A DNA stretch of 64,000 nt, from NCBI GenBank assembly GCA_038256975.1, contig JBBSJU010000002.1, positions 1,064 to 65,063 of the forward strand. The letters are read 5' to 3'. Positions 59,671 to 64,000 of this stretch are shown here, one piece after another; positions within the stretch are counted from its first letter, which is position 1; each line of letters opens with the position of its first letter. The stretch is from Minisyncoccia bacterium. Lineage in GTDB: Bacteria > Patescibacteriota > Minisyncoccia > Phycocordibacterales > UBA5272. The translations under genes were made by a program, and so were the position numbers. Below the pieces are notes generated by a model, which saw nothing but the letters and a program-made list of their open reading frames with translations, searched no databases and was not told the DNA's origin.

Positions 59671-59946
59671 ATGAAGTTAGAAGAAGCTGATATTAAAAAT
59701 CTTGCAGCCCTTTCCCGGATTCATATTTCGGACATTGAAGCAAAGAAATATGCCGAAGACTTTTCAGCGATTCTTTCGTATGTTTCGGAGATTCAATCGG
59801 TGGATGTTTCAGAAGTTCATGACATTTCTACCGTTGCTAATGTATTTCGGGAAGATGTAGTGGAAGACGCTCGTTTCAAAGATGCTTTTTTGCGTGAGAC
59901 ACCTCACACTGAAAGTGGATATGTTAAGGTAAAACAAATTTTATAA
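59671..59946 (+). CDS. gatC: Asp/Glu-tRNA amidotransferase subunit C
   Basis: 91 aa; typical GatC N-terminus (IKNLAALSRIHISDIE). Confidence 0.8.
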   Translation: MKLEEADIKNLAALSRIHISDIEAKKYAEDFSAILSYVSEIQSVDVSEVHDISTVANVFREDVVEDARFKDAFLRETPHTESGYVKVKQIL

Positions 59947-59951
59947 TCTGT

Positions 59952-61352
59952 ATGTACACCGCTTCTCAAATAGTAAAACTTGTTTCTTCAAAAGAAAAAA
60001 AAGCTGTAGAAATTGCACAGGATTATTTACGTCGAATTGAAGAAAAAAATAAAGATATTAATGCCTATCTAGAGATCTATTCTGATGTCTTAGAGCAGGC
60101 GCGTGTTGTTGATAGTCGAATTGAAACAGGTGAGATTTTGCCACTTGCTGGTGTATGTGTTGGACTCAAAGATAATATTTTACGTGCAGGTTTTCATGCG
60201 AGTGCGGGGTCTAAAATTTTGGAGCCCTATGTCGCTACATATTCATCGACAGTCGTTCAAAACTTACAAAAAGCAGGGGCTATCTTCTTAGGGCGTTTAA
60301 ACATGGATGAGTTTGCTATGGGAAGTTCTACGGAAAACTCTGCCTATGGAGCAACTAAAAATCCACACGACCTTTCTCGAGTACCTGGAGGTTCGTCAGG
60401 TGGCTCTGCGGCAGCCCTGGCTGCAGATTTAGCTACTATTACACTTGGTTCAGACACAGGCGGCTCTATTCGCCAGCCTGCATCTTTATGTGGTGTAGTT
60501 GGATTTATGCCGACATACGGTACCGTTTCTCGGTTTGGCCTTATGGCACTAGGGAGTTCGCTTGACCAAATTGGACCATTTGCGCACAACACAGAAGATG
60601 TTGAACTAGTGTATAAAGTTCTTGCAGAGTATGATCGTCACGACAGTACTTCTGTTCCTGATGCAAAGAGAGTTACAAAAGGAATTAAGAATAAAAAAAT
60701 TGGAGTACCATTTTCATTTGTTGAGCGTGAGGGAGTTGATGCGGAGGTGCTCGAAAACTTTAGAGCCTCTCTTAAAGATTTTGAATCTAAGGGATATGAG
60801 ATTGTACCGATTGATTTACCTCTTGCGCACTATGCGCTCGCCGTGTATTACATCATCATGCCTGCTGAGGCGTCTACTAATCTTGCACGGTTTGATGGCG
60901 TACGCTTCGGGCTTTCGGTTCCGGGGTTAACCCCAGATGAAACCTACATAAATACTCGTGGTCTTGGATTTGGAAAAGAAGCACAACGGCGCATCATGCT
61001 TGGAAGTTACGTATTGTCTCATGGGTACTATGATGCTTTCTACAAAAAAGCAGTTGCACTTCGAGCTGCAATCATAAAAGACTTTGCAAAAGCATTTGAG
61101 CAGGTTGAATTTATTGCAACACCAACATCTCCAATCCCTGCTTTTGTTTTTGGTGAAAAAACAAAAGATCCTCTTGCTATGTATCTTGCAGACATATTCA
61201 CCGTACCGGTAAATATTGCGCAAATTCCTGCCATCTCTATTCCGTCAGGAAAAACAAAAAACAATTTACCGCTTGGTATTCAATTTATGGCCGCGCAGTG
61301 GAACGATGAAGGTCTTTTTGAGATAGGTAAAATATTTGAACATCATGGATAA
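59952..61352 (+). CDS. gatA: Asp/Glu-tRNA amidotransferase subunit A (amidase signature)
   Basis: [13 protein letters not shown] amidase signature and Ser-cisSer-Lys triad context. Confidence 0.9.
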   Translation: MYTASQIVKLVSSKEKKAVEIAQDYLRRIEEKNKDINAYLEIYSDVLEQARVVDSRIETGEILPLAGVCVGLKDNILRAGFHASAGSKILEPYVATYSSTVVQNLQKAGAIFLGRLNMDEFAMGSSTENSAYGATKNPHDLSRVPGGSSGGSAAALAADLATITLGSDTGGSIRQPASLCGVVGFMPTYGTVSRFGLMALGSSLDQIGPFAHNTEDVELVYKVLAEYDRHDSTSVPDAKRVTKGIKNKKIGVPFSFVEREGVDAEVLENFRASLKDFESKGYEIVPIDLPLAHYALAVYYIIMPAEASTNLARFDGVRFGLSVPGLTPDETYINTRGLGFGKEAQRRIMLGSYVLSHGYYDAFYKKAVALRAAIIKDFAKAFEQVEFIATPTSPIPAFVFGEKTKDPLAMYLADIFTVPVNIAQIPAISIPSGKTKNNLPLGIQFMAAQWNDEGLFEIGKIFEHHG

Positions 61353-62121
61353 TATTCGCTTCTTAAGCATAGATTATTTTTTCTACCAGGTGTATCTTTT
61401 TTTTACTTGGGTAGGGAGCATTCTCTTTGGTACGGGAACGAGCAGGCTTGATAGTGATGGTGATGGACTTACTGATGATGAAGAGCGGGAACTTGGAACA
61501 GATCCGTTTAATTCCGACACAGACGGTGACGGAATTATAGACGCTCTTGATAAATTTCCTCTTGATGCGACCAATGGCGGACTTTCATTTTGGGATAGAT
61601 TGTTTGGCAGTGGCAGCGTTGCGACTAACGACACAGTGTTTGGTTCGATTATCCATTTCTTCGCTTACTTTTTTGCACTCATCGCGCTTGTCCTTGCGGG
61701 GATGATTTTCTTTAGCTATATTCGCTGGAAAGAGGAACTCAAAATTGCTAAGAAAAAATTCAATGAGGCATATAAAGCACCGCATACTATAGAGCCGCCA
61801 AAATATAAACATCCTCGCTGGGCAACGGTTCTTGCACACACACAGTCGCTTAATCAACCAGAATGGCGATTGGCAATATTGGAAGCAGATACTATGCTTG
61901 CTGAACTTTTAGATAGGCGAGGATATCTAGGTTTATCAATTGGTGAGCAATTAAAATCTGCTGACCAAGAAAAATTCAAAAGTCTGCAAGATGCGTGGGA
62001 AGCACATAAGGTTCGTAATCAAATTGCTCATGAGGGAAGTACATTTACTCTTACTGAACGCGAAACACGAAGAATTATTGGGCTCTACGAACGCGTATTT
62101 CGTGAATTTGATTTTATCTAA
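61336..62121 (+). CDS. membrane protein with N-terminal Ca-binding Asp-rich repeats and C-terminal HEPN-like domain (RNxxAH motif)
   Basis: [12 protein letters not shown] / [12 protein letters not shown] repeats; one TM; C-terminal ...[11 protein letters not shown] resembles the Abi2/HEPN Rx4-6H motif. Overlaps the gatA stop; start could be 61345. Confidence 0.4.
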   Translation: MNIMDNIRFLSIDYFFYQVYLFFTWVGSILFGTGTSRLDSDGDGLTDDEERELGTDPFNSDTDGDGIIDALDKFPLDATNGGLSFWDRLFGSGSVATNDTVFGSIIHFFAYFFALIALVLAGMIFFSYIRWKEELKIAKKKFNEAYKAPHTIEPPKYKHPRWATVLAHTQSLNQPEWRLAILEADTMLAELLDRRGYLGLSIGEQLKSADQEKFKSLQDAWEAHKVRNQIAHEGSTFTLTERETRRIIGLYERVFREFDFI

Positions 62122-62141
62122 GTTGGGGTACAATACACACT

Positions 62142-62528
62142 ATGAATAAAACAGTTATCATTCTCAGTATCATAATTGCATTTCTTTTAGTTACTAACAC
62201 AGCCCTTGAGCGCGCAATAAGTAATGGTGTATGGTCATTAGGAACCGGAGTCGCAAGTGAGACACAGTATGTTGTGGAAGGGGCAGGAAATGGGATCTTA
62301 GCAGGAATTGATTCAGTACGAACATCAATTGGTACAACACTTGTTCACTATAAAAATGCATTCAAATACGATATTGATAACAATACAGCAAACAAAAGTA
62401 TTCTTAGCTATGTTTTCTTCATCCTGCTTCTCTTTTTAAGTCTTTTCTTTGTCTACAAATTCTTGTTTTATATTTTCTTCTTCCTTTTCTTGTACTGGCT
62501 CTTTATTCTTATTCGTAATCGATTTTAG
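62142..62528 (+). CDS. hypothetical membrane protein
   Basis: N-terminal TM and a very hydrophobic Phe/Leu-rich C-terminus. Confidence 0.35.
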   Translation: MNKTVIILSIIIAFLLVTNTALERAISNGVWSLGTGVASETQYVVEGAGNGILAGIDSVRTSIGTTLVHYKNAFKYDIDNNTANKSILSYVFFILLLFLSLFFVYKFLFYIFFFLFLYWLFILIRNRF

Positions 62529-62533
62529 TTTTC

Positions 62534-63691
62534 ATGAAAACAATATATGAACAAGCGCTTGATTTTCACAAGGAATATCGAGGAAAGTTAGAAACCAAAA
62601 GTAAGGTTGCTCTTGATTCTCGGGACGCACTCTCCAAGGCGTATAGTCCTGGAGTTGCTCAGGTGAGTATTGAAATAGGAAAGGATACATCGCTTGCTCG
62701 AGAATATACTTTAAAACGAAATACGGTCGCCGTTGTTTCCGATGGTTCAGCAATTTTAGGTATTGGAAATCTCGGCCCGTATGCTGCCATTCCTGTTATG
62801 GAAGGGAAGGCTGCAATCTTTAAAGAATTCGCTGGGGTGAATGCGTTTCCTATTTGTTTGGATACTCAAGACACAGAGGAGATTATTAAAGCAGTCAAAC
62901 AGTTGGTGCCAGTGTTCGGTGGAATAAATCTAGAAGACATCGCTGCGCCGAGGTGCTTTGAAATCGAAGAACGACTTCGGGCAGAGCTTTCTATTCCTGT
63001 GATGCATGATGATCAATGGGGCGCCGCGACAGTTGCCTTGGCTGGGCTCATAAATAGCCTCAAATTGAGGGGATTGGATAAATCTGAAGCCAAAGTAGTT
63101 ATAAACGGCATTGGCGCGGCAGGAGTGGCTACAGCGCGTCTTTTGCTCGTGTACGGTATCACCAATATGATATTTTGTGACAGTAAAGGAATTATTCATA
63201 AAGGTCGGACAGACTTAACAAAAGAGAAAAAAGAGTTGCTTGAAAAAAGTAGCGCGCACCCTGAAGCGGGAACACTTGCTGCCGCAGTTAGTGGTGCGCA
63301 TATCTTTATTGGATTATCCGTAGCGGGAGCATTAACACAGGAAATGGTTCGTACTATGGCAGAACGGCCGATTATTTATGGACTTGCAAATCCGACTCCA
63401 GAAATTATGCCTGAACTTGCAAAGGAAGCGGGTGCGTTTATTGTAGCCACTGGAAGAAGTGATTATCCAAATCAGCTCAATAACTCTCTCGTCTTCCCGG
63501 GACTCTTTAAAGGTGCGCTTGAGGAGAATGTGGGGCAGTTTGATATCGCTCTCTTCTTGTCTGTGGCGCAAAAGTTGGCCGCCTATGTCGAAAATCCGAC
63601 TCCGGAGATGATTCTCCCTAATATGTTTGATAGAGGTGTTGTTGGTGTTGTAGTAAGTGCAGTAAAAGAATGGAATTTAAATTTGAAATAG
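62534..63691 (+). CDS. NAD(P)-dependent malic enzyme (short form)
   Basis: YSPGVA; [16 protein letters not shown]; [12 protein letters not shown]-binding motif. Confidence 0.85.
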   Translation: MKTIYEQALDFHKEYRGKLETKSKVALDSRDALSKAYSPGVAQVSIEIGKDTSLAREYTLKRNTVAVVSDGSAILGIGNLGPYAAIPVMEGKAAIFKEFAGVNAFPICLDTQDTEEIIKAVKQLVPVFGGINLEDIAAPRCFEIEERLRAELSIPVMHDDQWGAATVALAGLINSLKLRGLDKSEAKVVINGIGAAGVATARLLLVYGITNMIFCDSKGIIHKGRTDLTKEKKELLEKSSAHPEAGTLAAAVSGAHIFIGLSVAGALTQEMVRTMAERPIIYGLANPTPEIMPELAKEAGAFIVATGRSDYPNQLNNSLVFPGLFKGALEENVGQFDIALFLSVAQKLAAYVENPTPEMILPNMFDRGVVGVVVSAVKEWNLNLK

Positions 63692-64000
63692 AAAAAAAGT
63701 TAGAAGGCACGCTTGGGCGAGCAGGAGTTATTCATACTCCACATGGTGATATACACACACCTGCTTTTATTCCCGTGGGTACAAAGGCAACGGTGAAGGC
63801 GCTTACCGTTGAGCAAGTTAAAGATTTGGGGTCACAAGCAGTACTTGCCAATACATATCACCTCTATCTTGAACCAGGAGAAGATCTCGTAGCAAAGCAT
63901 GGTGGTTTTGCAAAAATGATGCATTGGGATGGTCCGACATTTACGGATTCAGGTGGATTCCAAGTATTCTCACTTGGTGCTGCGTACGGTGAAGGTGTTT
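63670..64000 (+). CDS. tgt: queuine tRNA-ribosyltransferase (partial; continues beyond window)
   Basis: [20 protein letters not shown]...ANTYHLYL; 22-nt overlap with the malic enzyme gene. Confidence 0.8.
   Translation, partial: MEFKFEIEKKLEGTLGRAGVIHTPHGDIHTPAFIPVGTKATVKALTVEQVKDLGSQAVLANTYHLYLEPGEDLVAKHGGFAKMMHWDGPTFTDSGGFQVFSLGAAYGEGV

Overview
This window is AT-rich (roughly 40% GC), gene-dense and mostly single-copy, with standard stop codons and short overlapping gene junctions. The gene content fits a reduced-genome bacterium of the Candidate Phyla Radiation / Patescibacteria type, which is my inference. Housekeeping genes include DnaE, RNase HII, RNase III, a NusB fusion, NAD-dependent ligase LigA, GatCA, CysS, ribosomal proteins L32/L9/L27, a tRNA-Met/Met/Asp cluster and a tRNA-Gln. 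There is an anaerobic ribonucleotide reductase operon (nrdDG) preceded by a Mu Com-like zinc-ribbon gene. A NirK-type copper nitrite reductase sits next to a CsoR-CopA-HMA/DsbD-like copper efflux operon that has a perfect 20-nt operator palindrome. A full type IV pilus locus runs pilM to pilD with four minor pilins, and is interrupted by a GC-rich stand-alone cassette. An AddA-like helicase-nuclease is paired with a small Cas4-like Fe-S nuclease. The most unusual locus is a tRNA gene split by an intron of about 194 nt with group I-like features, immediately downstream of an HTH plus LAGLIDADG-like endonuclease-like ORF. Other items of note are three GC-rich promoter-to-terminator cassettes encoding secreted or unknown proteins, a roughly 450-nt GC-rich non-coding stretch with stem-loops that may be a structured RNA, a NusB-Nudix fusion, a stand-alone RNAP alpha-CTD-like protein, and a Ca-repeat/TM/HEPN-like protein after gatCA. 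No CRISPR array and no cas genes were seen. All functional calls come from motif recognition by eye; no database search was possible.
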